A stretch of 64,000 nt of DNA from Felis catus. Lineage: Eukaryota. Under the pieces are notes generated by a model. It was not told the DNA's origin and ran no database searches. It worked only from the letters and a program-made list of their open reading frames with translations. The stretch covers positions 147,376,001 to 147,440,000 of the forward strand of contig NC_058368.1 in the NCBI RefSeq assembly GCF_018350175.1, given 5' to 3'. A program made the translations under genes and the position numbers. Below, piece by piece: positions 1-14,101 of this stretch; position 1 is the first letter of the stretch; the number at the start of each line of letters is the position of its first letter.

Positions 1-147
1 TCATAAGGTGGTGGGCTCCTCATCACTAAGCACATGAAAACCTTAACCTTAATCACATCTGCAAAGTGCCAAGGAAACATATTCACGGGTCCCTTGAATT
101 AAGAAGGATGTTGACATCTTTTGGAGACCATTATTCTGCCTACCACA
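1..147 (-). mobile_element. MaLR solo LTR (MLT1B/C/D-like), cut by window start
   Basis: Ends in ccattattctgcctaccaca, the reverse complement of the MLT1 start TGTGGTAGGCAGAATAATGG; also has the MLT1 motif ttaatcacatctgcaaag. Confidence 0.75.
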
Positions 148-3100
148 CTCAGTATTATTGACGCAATCTTATCAATAAAAACACTTAGCAATGGGTATAC
201 TGTATGATCTAAGTAAATTACTTTATTTCCTGAGTTGTATGTCTATAATATATAGTTAACTATGATTTTAAGAAAAACAAAATGTATATTCTAATAGCAT
301 TGACAGAAATCCATCCTTAAGAAATATTTAAGAAAAAATGTAAATAATAACTCAATTGCATAATGTATCCATTTACAAAGCATAATCACAATCATACAAT
401 TAATAGACAGCAATATTTCTGTGCCATCAGGAAGTGATAGAACCCAGACTACATTAGAACTCAGGTATTCTGACTTGAAGCCAATCATATATGCTCACAG
501 GCACATGTGTGCATATGTGCACACACATACACACACACACATCTCATGAAATATTTTAGAAATTTTACAGAATCATATGGAATCAGAAGAAAAAGTCAAA
601 TGCAAACTCATGAAGTAAAATGAATCCAACAGCATGAACTATAAATGGTAGTTATTATGACAGGACAAATTTTAGACTTGCCAATCTCAAAATAAGCCTG
701 TTAAATCAAGTCACAAGCAATACAGTATACCCTTATTCTTGTAAGACTTAGTATTTGCTTGCTACAGCGAGCCAAAGGCAGAAATAGAATGGTCTGATTC
801 TTGCCTGCTAAAATATGTCAGCCTCTATCCTGTCACATAAATCACAATTATCATTACTTTAACAAAAACCTGTCATACTTGTAGTAAAAACTGAAACTAT
901 GATTGTAAATCAAGTTCTGGGCCACTGTGACTTCCGACTTTGTGAAGCAATCATTAATCAAGTAAATTCTATATTTAAAAAAATCAACAAGACCAAACTC
1001 TTCCTCTTGTGATGATCTTTGCTGATCCTTTCAAGGAATGTATCAGTAATTCTTTAGCATTGTTTGGTCCAAAGTAGATAAAGAAGATATGAAGATGAAA
1101 AGAAAACAGCAATTCTAAGTCTTTCTTCACTTTCTTCACTTACTTCACCAGATGTATGTGTTTTTGTGTGTTTTTTCCCTCCTAACTAGAGACTCCATAG
1201 TTTCCAACACATTATCAAAGTAGTGTGAGACACAGAAAGTTAAGATCCATCCTATGCTGACTTGAAATAGTTGCAGAGGACAACATTAAAATAATGTTTT
1301 AATTGGTGCAAATATTTTATCCATAAAGGGTGTGGAATATATAGAGAATATATCTGTGTAATGTCTGTCTCAAAAAATTGCCTTTTAGTGTAATTATAAA
1401 TTTGATTTGTAGCTTCCTGAGAGATTTAGTGTTAATCATAGAGCCTTCATTCTATTATCAGTTCCATTGTAATGTTTTACTGTTTTTTAATGCATTTACA
1501 TTAGCACATTAGTAACTGCACACGGTTTTTAGCAATACTTGAAATCTGAACTACTTTATTTTAAAAGGAATAGTTGTATCCTGTAGAAAGTTCAGTATGG
1601 ATTTATTTTCTTCATTTCTCAGAAATGCCCATGAAATGTCATTTTCCAAAGTCTTTCCTGTGTTATCTATCTCCATTACATGTCTTCTATTCTAGGCAAT
1701 ATCATCATCTCACCAGCTAGTGATTTTGAGCCCATGGGGACAATAGCAAAAACTAGTTCAATCAAGGTAGAAAGTAGACAATCCTCAACATTTATGGAGA
1801 ATATTGACATGGCTACCAAAACCCAATGAACAACATTTATTTTTATGCAGGGTAAAAATATTTTATTCAATGTCTCCTATGTGTGTTGCACTGTGCTATC
1901 ATGATGCTCACAATATAGTTAAGGAGCTCCTAAGTGAGCCATCTTAGAGATGGGTGATTTCTCCTCTTCAGAGAATTCCTCCACCTACATTTGCCATACC
2001 TGTCAGACTTTTATTCTTGCAGCCATCACCTCTAGCACCTTTCATTCTTTTCTCATGAACTTTTTCTTTGGAGCTTCCCTTTGTGCCCAGGTTTTTCCTA
2101 ACCTTAAAAATGAAGTATTTTACTTATGCCTCACAGCTCTTCCAGTTTCTCTATCAATATCTTCAAAACAGAGATTTCTATAGTCTCCATTTCGATGCCT
2201 CATCTCAGGTCCTTGGAGTGAAGCAGAATCATTTAATCATCCATTAAACTACCACAGCCAATGAATAGGCCAGACCTTGTGCCTATTACTATTATAATGA
2301 CCTCCATCATAGCTTATTGTATGAGCCACAGTGTTTCTAAAAGCAAGGGAAAAATACTGATACTTTTCCTCAAAGCAATTCTCTGATCAAATCATGAAAA
2401 TCTCTGACAGGACGGTGTGGACTGCTGGGCAGCTGTGCAAGGCTCAGCTCCAGAGATACTGTGTGTAAGGATATGAATGCTGCCAGCAGCAGGTGTCTAA
2501 CATAGCGGCCCCAGTCTCCTTGTCTTCTGCCTATGTTATGTAAATTCGCCCTCCATCTTTCATGGGTCCTTCTTAGACTGGTCTATGTTAGGAAAGCTAT
2601 GTCTCTCCCTCATTATCCACAGAATCCTGCTCCTTTACAAATAGCTGAATAACAAAACATATCATCTGGCACCCGTCTCTGAATGATCGGCTATACCCTT
2701 TGTATGACCTCAGGGTGAACTTATGCGCTCATGATCTAGTTTTCATATTTCATTTCCTTTCTGATATCTATACTCCATTTTCTTTCTTACCTATTTGGCC
2801 AGAATTCTGCCCAACCCTGTTTCTTTTCATTATGTATGATATCTAAAGAATGGCTGCACTATATGTGGAATATGCTTTCTGCCATTTCTATACTGACTTC
2901 ATAAATATCACATCCAACTTGCCCGTGAAACACCAAGAGAACTAGATAACTGAGAACCACCTTCAAGCTGACCACACTACTCATCCTAACCTTGCTGTCT
3001 GAACCTGCCTCATAGCCATTCCCAAATGTGGTGATCACGACTGTTGAAGTACCCCAGACTTCTCTGTTCTCTCCATTTTTCTGACATCCTAGTCTACCAA

Positions 3101-4516
3101 CATTCTAACTATATGCATGGACTAGTATTCTAGTCTGCATTCTGATTTCACCTGTGCTAGTTTGCTCTCCTGAACTAATTTAGTGATTAACATCCATGTG
3201 GGTATGTAAGAAAGTCAATAATTATTTTTCACATTATACTGAATAGATTTTATTTCTAAAGTTAATAGTTAAATAGCTATAGTTCAATTTTTAATAGGTA
3301 TGGTTAAGCCATTTTTAATGATTACTGTTAATTTTTTTTACAGTATAGAAAAGTATATAACAATTTTAAATTTTCTCTTCTATTCTTCCAGTTCTTAAAT
3401 CTAACTTCCCTGAGGCAACTACTTGAACAAGTGTGTGTTTATGTGTGTGTGCATGTGTATGTGTGTGTATGTGTGTTTGGGATAAAGTGGATCATGCCAT
3501 ATATAGTGTTTGCAACTAGCTTTTCCACTCAACATCTATCATGGGCATCATTTCAAGGTACCCCATATAAGCCTATCACTTTATTTTTAATAGGTGCCGA
3601 ATAATGAACTCATTGGTGTGGAGAAATCATAATTTACTTAAATAATCTGTGATTCTATATGATTTTAGAAAACTCTAATATAATAGTAAACATGAGGATA
3701 CACAAAAGTAGATGGTCTGGTAAACAATATATAGCAGACTCTTAATATTTTCACCATTGAGTAGCAGGGATGTTTTCTAGGTAAAACTGAATTGGTTACA
3801 GAATATCTGCCTTTAACATAATGCAGTGAGCTTGACTACATTTTTTGGTATATGTCAGTGGACTGACAAGAATGTCAAACTTAGGATTTTCAGCTCAAAG
3901 TCACCTAGGGTGCACCAAAATTGTGTTAGTTGGAGTATGGAGCTTTCTCAATGTGTTATAGAACATCTGAGGCATTTCTGTCATTTAACTGACATGCACG
4001 ACAGACCACAAATGCTAAACGCCAGCTTGCATTTTGTAGTTTTGAACAGGCAGCCTCTATTCCACTCTTCTTGTTTTAGTGGGGTTGACACAAGAATGCT
4101 GTAGAAAAAACTGCTACATACTCTAAATGAGAATTTGAAGCCGAGCCTTATAACATGTTGTTATAAAGATCAATTAAGTGTGCAAGGTGAAATTACGTTT
4201 TGAATAGTATATTGAGGTTCTGATGAATGATACATATTGTCTTGGGATAAGCCTCATTGAAATCCATTAATTGGTTTTACATGTTTGTGCCTAACCCTTT
4301 CAAAAGTCATTTCGACATAAACAAATCCAAGCACTCAAAAAAACTCAACCAATAGATATCCTAGGGTTGATGAAAATGATCACATTTTAATACACAAAAA
4401 TAAAAGCTTATCTTTGGTGTGACACATTTTAGAAATGTGATCCAAAGCAAAGATCTCTCTCATTAAAAATAATAAATAAAAATAGTCCCCATCAATAGAA
4501 TTCCAGAGATGGAAAG

Positions 4517-4517
<1 letters not shown>

Positions 4518-4564
<47 letters not shown>
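4518..4564. repeat. (TG)n microsatellite
   Basis: Uninterrupted TG run seen directly. Confidence 0.98.
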
Positions 4565-4566
<2 letters not shown>

Positions 4567-5306
4567 ATGTAACTTTAATGTGACTAAAAATAAGCTTAAA
4601 GCTCTTAGGAGGGCAAAACACTGCATTAGATACTGGCTTGGAACATTCTGGATAAGTCAACAAAATTAAACAATAATTGGTATTTAAGAAGGTGGGTAAA
4701 ATTAAACAAATATAAAATAAATCTAGAATTAACAAATCTAGGGCTTAACCAGTAGATAAATAACTGTGATTTAATCATTCTTTAAGAATAGAAAAGGTAC
4801 ATTTAATGCTATTAACATTTTTTTTAATTCCAGTGATTTACCCATGGGTACATATGTGATCAATTATATTAACTACCTCTGCCCTCTCATGTGGTAAAAC
4901 TGTTTCTCTGGACCACCTTGCAACTATTTTCTATGTCTATCTTCTATATAATTTGTTCTACAAAATTTAGCCCTCACCAGTTGTTGTATAATCACTCCCA
5001 AAGGCTCATATTAGCTCTATTGCCCTTTTTCCCAAAAACCTTTTTAAATATAGGCTGTAATCTACTAGCTGAATGAGGTACTGCCCGCTCCAAAGTTCTC
5101 AACAGAGTTTGATTTGTACTATGTTCTACAATTCCAAGCTATGAGTTCCACTAGTCATTCATTAAAAAAATAACTTCGAGATATACTGTTTACGTGTTTT
5201 GTTTACTTGTGTCTCCTGTCCTCCAAGTTCTTCCATCTGTGAATTTGAACACATTCCTCTCCCGATTAAGGAATAGAATTTCCTTCTCACAGGTGATGAT
5301 GGCTGT

Positions 5307-5310
<4 letters not shown>

Positions 5311-5337
<27 letters not shown>

Positions 5338-5521
5338 AGAGAGAGAGAGAGAGGGTGCTACAGCAGGGGAGAGGGACAGAGGGAGAAAGAGAGAGAATCT
5401 CAAGTAGGCTCCACGTTCAGCACAGAGTCCAATGCCAGACTCGATCCCATGACCCAGGGATTTTGATCTGAGCTGAAATCAAGAGTTGGAAGCTCAACCA
5501 ACTGAGCCACCCAGGAGCCCC
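5311..5521 (-). mobile_element. CAN-SINE (older subfamily) with long poly(A)
   Basis: On + strand: poly-T, (GA)n, then tgagctgaaatcaagagt...actgagccacccaggagcccc (reverse complement of SINE head). Confidence 0.93.
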
Positions 5522-6299
5522 AGAAGGTTATTGCTTTTTTCACTTACTACTTTTTTAGACAAAAGTATCAGAGCAAGTCCAAGAAATTATCCTAGAAATA
5601 GTCACCAGGCACAAGTAAACCATTTTCTCCTTACATCTCTTTCACCGTTGGCAGAAAAGCGTTACAATCAATTGCCATATAAAAAGGTCTTAGGTTGAGC
5701 ACTTGCTTAAAATATTGGAAGAAGACCAATCACAATAACAACCAGCTGGATGTAGTTGGGATTGCATTCCCCTAACACCATAAAATTTGGTTAATATTAG
5801 AAATAGTAACATACGAACTAATTTTAGTCTTATGCTCATAAAACATTTCTAAATTTAGAGAATACTTTGTTGATAACACAATACTGGCATATTTATTGTT
5901 ATAAATAATAACCATTTTTGTTCTCATCTCTCACCTTCTATAAATGATTCTTCTTTGACATCTAGAATATGGCAAATGTATAAATTCTATTCAACAATCA
6001 AATTATCTATAACTTTCTTTTGACCAATATTGCTCAGATGGCATCAGAAAAAATTTAAATCTTGGTAAGTATGTTAATCCCAAATCATTAGCCAAGTGTT
6101 AAATACAATCAACTTCTAGTGAAAACAATTCTTTCTCAGGGCTTCTTTTTTAGTATTTTGTGGTGTCAAAACTTGTGGTAAAATTTGTAGGGCTGTAAAA
6201 CATGTTCTCTGAACAAGTCATTTCTTGAGAAGATTTGATCATTAGCAGTATCTACTGCAGCCCTTTCAAGTCGTATTTTCCAAAGTGAGTTAGTGATTA

Positions 6300-6520
6300 C
6301 GTGTGCACACAGGCTCTAAATCCTAGCGTAACTACTAACTAGCCATGTGACCTTAGACTAACCATTTTATCTCCCTGTGCCTTACCTTCCCTATCGGCAA
6401 AATGAAAGTAATAATTGTAATGGTTCTGAGGAACTTTATAAAAAATACATGAGATGATTCATGTAAAATCCTTTATTGAATACTGGACACATAGGAAGTA
6501 CTCAATAACAGGTAGTAGTT
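6300..6520 (+). mobile_element. MIR SINE relic
   Basis: MIR core-like ctactaactagccatgtgacctt...gccttaccttccctatcggcaaaatgaaagtaataat...ctcaataa. Confidence 0.7.
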
Positions 6521-6559
6521 ATTTATATAGTCTTCCAGTAAGCATGGACTAATTAGGTA

Positions 6560-7720
6560 TCGGTCTCTTGTGCTAGAGACACAAAAGACACAAATAACAT
6601 ATACAATCTACCTAGGGAGGTACAATTAAGTAACAAAAAGAAATACAAGAACACATTTAAAAAACAAAAGATACAAAGCCATTCCAAAGTGAGTGACAGG
6701 AGAGAAGTAGGGTTAGTCAAAGAAGGTTTCGTAGAAGTGAATCCAATCTGTGAGTTAAATGATGTCTGCAGATTGTCGGAAAATTGGGAACGGTGTTCTA
6801 GGAAGAGAGACCAATAAGAAAAGTCACAGAAAAGAAAATTAACAACATGGTGTGGGTAAGGTGGATGCTGAAGTCAAGTGGACAAGGAAAAATAAAGAGG
6901 CCCCCACAAAAACAGAAGGGTTATTTGGAGGAATGTTATATAAGCTACAGTTACAAAAAGGTGTTCACACTAGCTTCATCCATTTATACACATGAGCAAT
7001 AAAAATATCACTATAGGTTCTTGAAGAGGAAAATAACTTGTCAAAAATTATGTTTTAGAAAGGTTATGCCAGCAGCTGTAGGCTGCATGCTCTGGGATGA
7101 GGAAACACCAGAAGCGTAGAAGTGGCAGTTGAAGTTTTCAGAGCAAATAAACTCTCTCTAAGGGAGTTATTAGAGGGGAAAAAAAGCAGAGAGCAAGACC
7201 AAACTTGACGAAAGTCCACAATTAGCTAGAGACTATATAGGAGAGAGAAAGGAAAAACATAGGAAAAGAAATGAGAAGGTACAGTATATAAAAAAGTTTA
7301 GTCTCTAGTGGACAAAGCAGTGACAAGGTGGAGAAGAATATGAATCAGAGAAGGGGGAAGAGAAGAGACAAATTTGAGTTTGAAAAGAGTGGCTAGGGTA
7401 GAAAGTGGAACCAGCAAAGCAGTTTGAGACCAGAGCTTTGTAGGATTCTTGCAGCATTATCCTTTTACCCACTAAAAGACTCGAGACAACCATGATTAGA
7501 TCTGTATTTGAGAACAAGAATTCTGGTCAACGGTGTAAAGAATATACTGGAGGGCAGAAGAGCTGAAGGCAAACAGACAATTTAGGGGTCTCCTAGAATA
7601 CTCCTAGAAGAGGAGTGGCCATAGAAATGAAGATGAGAGGAAACTAGGAGGTAATGGAATGTAGAATCAACATGACTTAGTGGCCTCCTAGCTTTCTGGC
7701 CTTTATTACCAATAAACTAT
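6560..7720 (-). mobile_element. L2 LINE relic (degenerate)
   Basis: Purine-rich stretch with L2-like phrases (gtcaaagaaggtttc, gttttagaaaggtta, gtagaatcaacatgacttagtg); boundaries approximate. Confidence 0.55.
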
Positions 7721-8830
7721 CCACACAGAGCAGAAACTGCAAAGTACATTTTGGAAATGCTGAGTGTGAAAAGTTCCCATAGGATGTCCAGTATGCAGAT
7801 ATGAACATCTGTCTGGAATCTGGAAAAGAGAGCAGTAACTGTTTGTATGTAAGACTGTAAAGCTGAGGGTGATTGACACATACGAATGTTCCTAATGTTT
7901 TTGTGTTTGCTTCTCAAGTAATGTGTGCTCCTGGTCACCTGCAGAGCAGTCTGCACAAGTGACACCTTAAATGCAATTAGTTTTTATATGATAGGTACAT
8001 GACCTCTATCGTATTTTCAGTTCATTCAATTTCATTGAAAAGAATTGTTACTTCCTAGGTCACGTGTCAAAATAAATTTCAGGCTCATTTTTGGCCAGCT
8101 AATTTTAGAAATACTAAAAAAAATGATAAAAAGTAAATTTAGGATCCAGCTTTTATGAAACAGAAATATTTTATATTCTATCAGGGCAGGATTCACAATA
8201 TTATATGCAACACTAAAAACATATCTTTAAAAAAAATAACATCATCTGGATAAAGAGATCAATCTGTTGGTCTGGTATATATTTGATAGTGATTTTTAAA
8301 AATCAAACTGACACTTCTGTTTCCAGTAGTGTATCATTTTTTTCAGATAAAGATTCCTCAGGAGATGCCCTGCAACCTTTTGATCTTGCAAGTGGGCAAA
8401 ATGCGATCCTCAAGCACTCAGTTGTTTCATTTGGACCCATAAGAATTAGTTAACAACCATTTATGAAGCCTGACTGATTTTTTATGGGACATACAAAATG
8501 AGATACTATGTTCACATTTTTGTCGAGTAAATTTTATAGCTTATATAAAGATATAGGATTTAATATAATGTGTTTACATTACCTTTCATGACTAGTGATA
8601 TATATTTATTATCAAGAAGACAATTTTACCTTAGCTCAAACTCAGATCATAATATGTTGAGAGATTTTCATGGGAAACAAATAACTGAATTCTGACATTG
8701 AGACCGCACACTTTAAAATAACACTTGAAAACCATTCTCTTGACAAAGAAAATGCCTCAATGTTAAAATCAAGGCATGCTTTCAGAAAGCACTTCTTAGC
8801 CCTGAGCAGCACTTAAATAGTTACTGCTGA

Positions 8831-9042
8831 GGGGCCCCTGGGTGGCTCAGTTGGTTGAGCGTCTGACTTCGGCTCAGTCACAATCTCACAGTTGACAAGT
8901 TCAAGCCCCATGTCAGGCTCTGTGCTGACAGCTCAAAGCCTGGAGCCTGTTTCAGAGTCTGTGTTTCCCTCTCTCTCTGCCCATTCCCTGCTCAGGCTCT
9001 GTCTCTCTCTGTCTCAAAAATAAATAAACATTAAAAAAAATT
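8831..9042 (+). mobile_element. CAN-SINE (felid SINEC type)
   Basis: ggggcccctgggtggctcag head, (CT)n, AATAAA/A tail; TSD aaatagttactgctg on both sides. Confidence 0.96.
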
Positions 9043-9499
9043 TAAATAGTTACTGCTGTATGGCATGCTACTGGTGATGGATGATGAGGTCATATTATAA
9101 AATCTTCAGATGAATGGTGGTGAGCAATTTATACAAATAAGTATGAGAGAAAATAAATATACTTTTAAATGTGGGGGATTACATGAGGGTGATGTAAAGT
9201 TTCAGGTTCTGCTGTCATTATGTAAAAACCATGTATTCTATGAATTGTATGCTCATTTTCATTTATGTTAGGACTGTAATTTTCAGTTATTTGATGAGTT
9301 TACAGGAAAAAAAATGATTCTATTGCACCCCAGAAGACAGGCAAATGGTGAAAAATACATTACTTTTACAAGCCCTAAGGTGACTGACACAGCCATCCAG
9401 AATGTTCATTCTAAATCCTCTAAGGTCATCATTTTTTCTTTATCCTTAAATAATACTTGCTGTCATTTTAAACCAAAACTTCAAAAAAGAGATGCACAC

Positions 9500-10120
9500 A
9501 CACATACATGCATATGTATACCAAATGTACTTTCATGGAATTATAACTTGTACATAGTCAAGTGCACAAATCATGAATCCACATAGGTATGCTCCCTTAT
9601 CACCTCTCAGATACAAACATTTTTTGAACAATCCCCTACACTCCCTTGTGCTCTTACCCAGTCAACAGCAATCTCCAAAGGTAACCATACCTTGGACCAT
9701 CCTTATCATAGATTAGTTTTGCCTGTCCCCGGATCTCATTTAAATGGAATGTATTCTTTTGAGTCTAGTTTCTTTCACACAACATTATACTGGTGAGATT
9801 TACCCATATTGTTGTAGGAAGTAGTTCTTCATAGCTATAGAGTATTCCTGGGATAAATAAACCAATTTATTTATCCTTTCCATTGTTGGTGGACATTTTA
9901 CTTTCCAAGGTTTTTCTTTAATTCGTAAATAATGCCATCATAAACATTCTTTTGCAAGCCATCTATTTTGAATGCTTGTCCTTAGGGTATATTGAGTTAG
10001 TTAGTGAACATACATGAGCTCATTAGCTTCAGTAGGATAACAAACTGCTTTCAGGAAGTGGTCCCAGTGTGCCCTCCTACCACTCAGTGTATTTTGTATT
10101 GAACATTTTAACATTCTTGG
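9500..10120 (-). mobile_element. Ancient L1M 3' fragment
   Basis: Antisense L1M 3' phrases (atagattagttttgcctgt, tttctttcacacaacattat, ttgttggtggacattt). Confidence 0.7.
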
Positions 10121-10359
10121 TAGGACGGATTTTTTTGTTAATAGGTTACACTTTTTGTCAGCTGTACAAAATAATCCATCAAAGAGATCTTCTATCAATT
10201 TGAAGTACTTCTTTCCTCAACAAATAGATAATTTAAATACAAATTATTTATATTCTGGTATATAAGATGAAGAGAAGAAAACCCATAATTCAAAATAATC
10301 ATCACATATAATATTGGTGTATCTTGAATAAATATATTTTGAAATAAAAATATAATTTT

Positions 10360-10574
10360 AAAAAATACATTTATTTATTTTAAGAGAGACAGTGTGCATG
10401 CACATGCATGAGCGGAGGCGGGGGAGGGGGCAGAGAGAGAAAAAGAATCCCAAGCAGCCAGTACACCATCAGCACAGTGCCTGAGGCGGGGCTTGATCTC
10501 ACAAACTGTGAGATCACGACTTGAGTCAAAATCAAGAGTCAGGCACTTAACCAAATAAGCCACTCAGGCAACCC
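10360..10574 (-). mobile_element. CAN-SINE
   Basis: Reverse-complement SINE body (gggcttgatctcacaaactgtgagatcacgac...gccactcaggcaaccc). Confidence 0.93.
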
Positions 10575-11142
10575 AAGAAAAATTTAATTTTAACATGTTT
10601 CAGAAACGTTTTGAGTGGCATTCTGTTCCTGCCATAAAATTATATGAAGTAACTAATAGTAACCATCTGGGTTTTTTTGACAGGGCCCACAATATTGAAA
10701 ATGCATGCATATATTTAAATGCATAACTAAAATTAAATAAGAGAAGATTAGAATTGTTGTCACTAAATGAAATATAGCAAACAGCAAATAGCTATCTTAG
10801 CACTGATCAGGTTAAAATGTATACCATAATTTAAACTCAAATGGGCTACTGCAGCTCCACAATATATTAAGGGCAAAAATAATTTAAATCTTTCTATCAT
10901 TATACACGCAGAGAGTATGTTTTTAAGTAAAAATCGTTCCTTTAACTTCTTATGAAGAATATTGACTTTAAAATATTTCAGGACACTAAGAATAGAGACC
11001 ACAGCTTTGCTATGAATCTGGGTCACACGGCACAAAATGAGGCCTATTTCTAAAGCAATGGGAAGGATAAAGGCTACAATTATGGAAAACGTGGATAGAA
11101 TCCTATAGCTACCATGTACTGGTGATATTAGCTTTAGGCCAG

Positions 11143-11714
11143 TGAGGAGTAGCAGAAGATACTACCACAAAATATCACCATAGGAGTTGAGGACATGCCA
11201 CTCCACTTCGGTATATCATTTTGAGAAGAAGACACTTGAAAAACAGAAAATACAGTTAAAGGCTTTCTCTGAATCACCCTTATCTGCCTAAAGATAGAGC
11301 CTCCAAAAGGCACACGATTGTCTTAAATCCCCTCCCTAGGAATTTCATCAACCGGGGAGGATTGGCTTTCATCACAAGAGAGACTAGAAGTTGACATCAC
11401 ACCCAGACAAACTGTCCCCAAACTATCATACCTCCCATCCATTCTCCTAAGGGCCCATTTATCTTTCTTGAAAACCATTTACTCTTCCCTAAGAGGACAA
11501 CATCTCCCCTCCCCATGCCCCCTTCTCTATTAAGATAGTAGCTAAGGCTGAATTCTAGGGCCACCTGTTTGAATTATTCTTTTTTTCTGATGATCTCTCA
11601 TGGATACATGAGTTAATGCATATTAGTAAATGTCTGTTTTTCTCCTGTTAATCTGTCTTTTAGTACGGGAGGCTGAGCTAAGAACTCAGGGAAAATTACT
11701 TTTTCTTCTCTACG
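11143..11714 (+). mobile_element. ERV1 solo LTR, MER34-like
   Basis: TG start, ccacaaaatatc..., MER34-type 3' end ctcctgttaatctgtctttt...aaattactttttcttctctac; similar to LTRs at 27640 and 35192. Confidence 0.7.
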
Positions 11715-11849
11715 TTGTTCATGTAACCTTTCGTAACCTTTCGGATATTATCCCGTTTGCTTTTTCTACAATGTATATAATATCTACCCAGAAGGGTATT
11801 TTGAGCACTAACTAGATGATGATTCCAACCAGATGGAAGACTTCCTGGT

Positions 11850-12020
11850 ACATCTCAGTGATTCACAAATTATGTATTAGTCTTTGGAAAGCTTTTAAAA
11901 AACTCCAATGCCCAGTATACACCTCAGACCAATTAAATCAGAATCTCTGGGGGTAAGTCAAGCTTCCAGGCATTTGTCAAGCTTCCAGGCAATTCCAAAT
12001 TTGTAACCAAATTGTAGATA
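11850..12020. mobile_element. MER5-like hAT-Charlie MITE
   Basis: cctcagaccaattaaatcagaatctctggggg core; contains a short tandem duplication gtcaagcttccaggca x2. Confidence 0.65.
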
Positions 12021-13674
12021 CTTAGAAAATATCCATATACTAATGGTATAGAGAACACAGGGCAGGTGCCCCATTTCGTGTGGCCCACTTGTTGAGAAAG
12101 GGATAGAAGACCACAGGTGGGAACCAGAAAGGAGTCGACAGGAGGACAAAGCAATTTGAAATGCACAGATCAAGGGAAACGGTAGGGCAATGACTGCAAT
12201 GACACATTTCTGCTCTCCTAACTGTGACTCGCTCTGCTAGGTCTTTACAGTATCAGAAATATCTGCTTTATCTTCATGCCAAATTTGCTTTACTCCTTTT
12301 CATTTTTAATTTAGTGTTTGACTTTCCCATAACAAATGCATGCAAAGGAAAATCTATTTCAGGCTATGGAGAATCTTTTATTAATACAGATGCACAGAAA
12401 TATAAGCTAAAAGGTTTCTTAGATTTCATAAATTTCACTATGCTAAAATTATTAGGCCAATTTACCCTTGAAGGAAAGAACATCAATCTTCCTTCTAAAA
12501 CACTTTGAAGATAAAATGTCATCATTTAATCTTTTCCACTTTATCTCTCCTGTTCTATAAGGTGAAATATTTTAAATACATATAATATAATTTTTCTATA
12601 ATGCTACAAATAAGACATTATAAAACATAAAATCTTGAAGAGTCTTCAAGATGATAAACTTTAAAATCCACTCCTAGCTTAATAAACATGTATGCTTATT
12701 TAATTTTCTAAATGAATAAGTCTCCAGTATCAAAGAAATCTCAAGAAAATTATCCTAGCTCCATTATTTCAAGTAGTTCAAACAACTTAACTTAAAATAT
12801 AAGTACCATTTGAATTTTATTTCTTTTATAGCAGTTGTAGAAACTGGATAATAAGGAGTGTATGTGATGTTTACTAAATGCTATTCTATTACAATTTTTT
12901 TTATTTTATTTACTTTACTTCTGATTTAACAGAATTTATGGCTGTGACTACAAAGGTAAGAGGTGAACTGAACTATTTCAGTGAACTTGATCATCTAAAG
13001 TCAATGACCCAGCTGAAAATACTCATGTTTCCCAATGATAGAAATAATTGCCTTGGACTCTACACTTTGCTGTTTAGTTTAAATATAAAATAACTTGAAA
13101 TTCATATATGAGCTATCCCCAAACTCTTATAATGACGAAAGTTTTATAATCATATCTGTTTACATCTGCAGCAATTCAGAAAAATCATGCAGTTCATTCA
13201 ACTCTTAATTCTTCAGAGGCAGAAGCTGAGATTTAGATAACTTAGGTCATACCAATTCGGTGTAGAGTTGAGATTAGTACTTAGGTCTCATAATTACCAA
13301 ATCCAGAGTTTTTCATTTGTTTATTTGGTTAAATCAATTATCCCCTTTCATGCTAATTTTTTTTTAAAGAAATATAAAATACCTTACTGATTTTAGTGTA
13401 TCTATGTCAAGGAGATTATTAAATAAATTTCATGTAACTAAAACTTATTTTTTAAAAAAAGGTAGCTGTATATCATTTTCTTGTAATTGAATCTCTTTTT
13501 AAATTAATTAAAAAAGTATACTGCTTGAAAGAATTATTCTAAGATTTTTTTAATACTTTTCTATCTGAAATGAATGACTTAAAAATGTGGAAAGCAGCAC
13601 TGACATCACTAAAAGATTGTCAGAAAAGCAGAAGTTCAGACCCATTCAAAATCCAATTGATAGGTGTCTGCACT

Positions 13675-13939
13675 TTTTATTTTTATTTATTTATTTTTAG
13701 AGAGAGAGTTTCCTCTTATTTCATGCTACCTTCTTTGTTTATTTATTTTGAGAGAGACACAGAGAACACAAGTGGGGGGGAGCAGAGAGACAGAGAGGGA
13801 CAGAGAGAATCCCAACCAGACTCTGGGACACTGTCACCACAGACCTTGATGTGGGGCTCGATCTCAGGAACCCCAAGATCATGACCTGAGTGGAGATCAA
13901 GAGTTGAACACTTAACAGACTGAGCCACCCAGGTGCCCC
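13675..13939 (-). mobile_element. CAN-SINE inserted in a MER5-like relic
   Basis: Reverse-complement SINE; degenerate TSD taggtgtctgcactttt / taggtatctgtatttt. Confidence 0.92.
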
Positions 13940-14101
13940 TAGGTATCTGTATTTTAACCAGAGCCCTGGGAATTTATATGTCCACTGAAGTTTGGAAAGT
14001 ATGGCAACCAGCTCTAATCTGAGGCTGAATCAGAAGTCTTTGGCTACCCTATCATCCTGTAAGTCCTACACAATACCAATTGCCTCTGATAGGGAAAAAT
14101 C

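Noticed and set aside
8831..8905. SINE heads as tRNA genes
   Set aside because: The tRNA-derived heads continue into the SINE body, (CT)n, A tail and TSD, so they are retrocopies
12632..12652. Inverted repeat atcttgaaga-g-tcttcaagat
   Set aside because: A single 10-bp-arm palindrome is plausible by chance in AT-rich 64 kb
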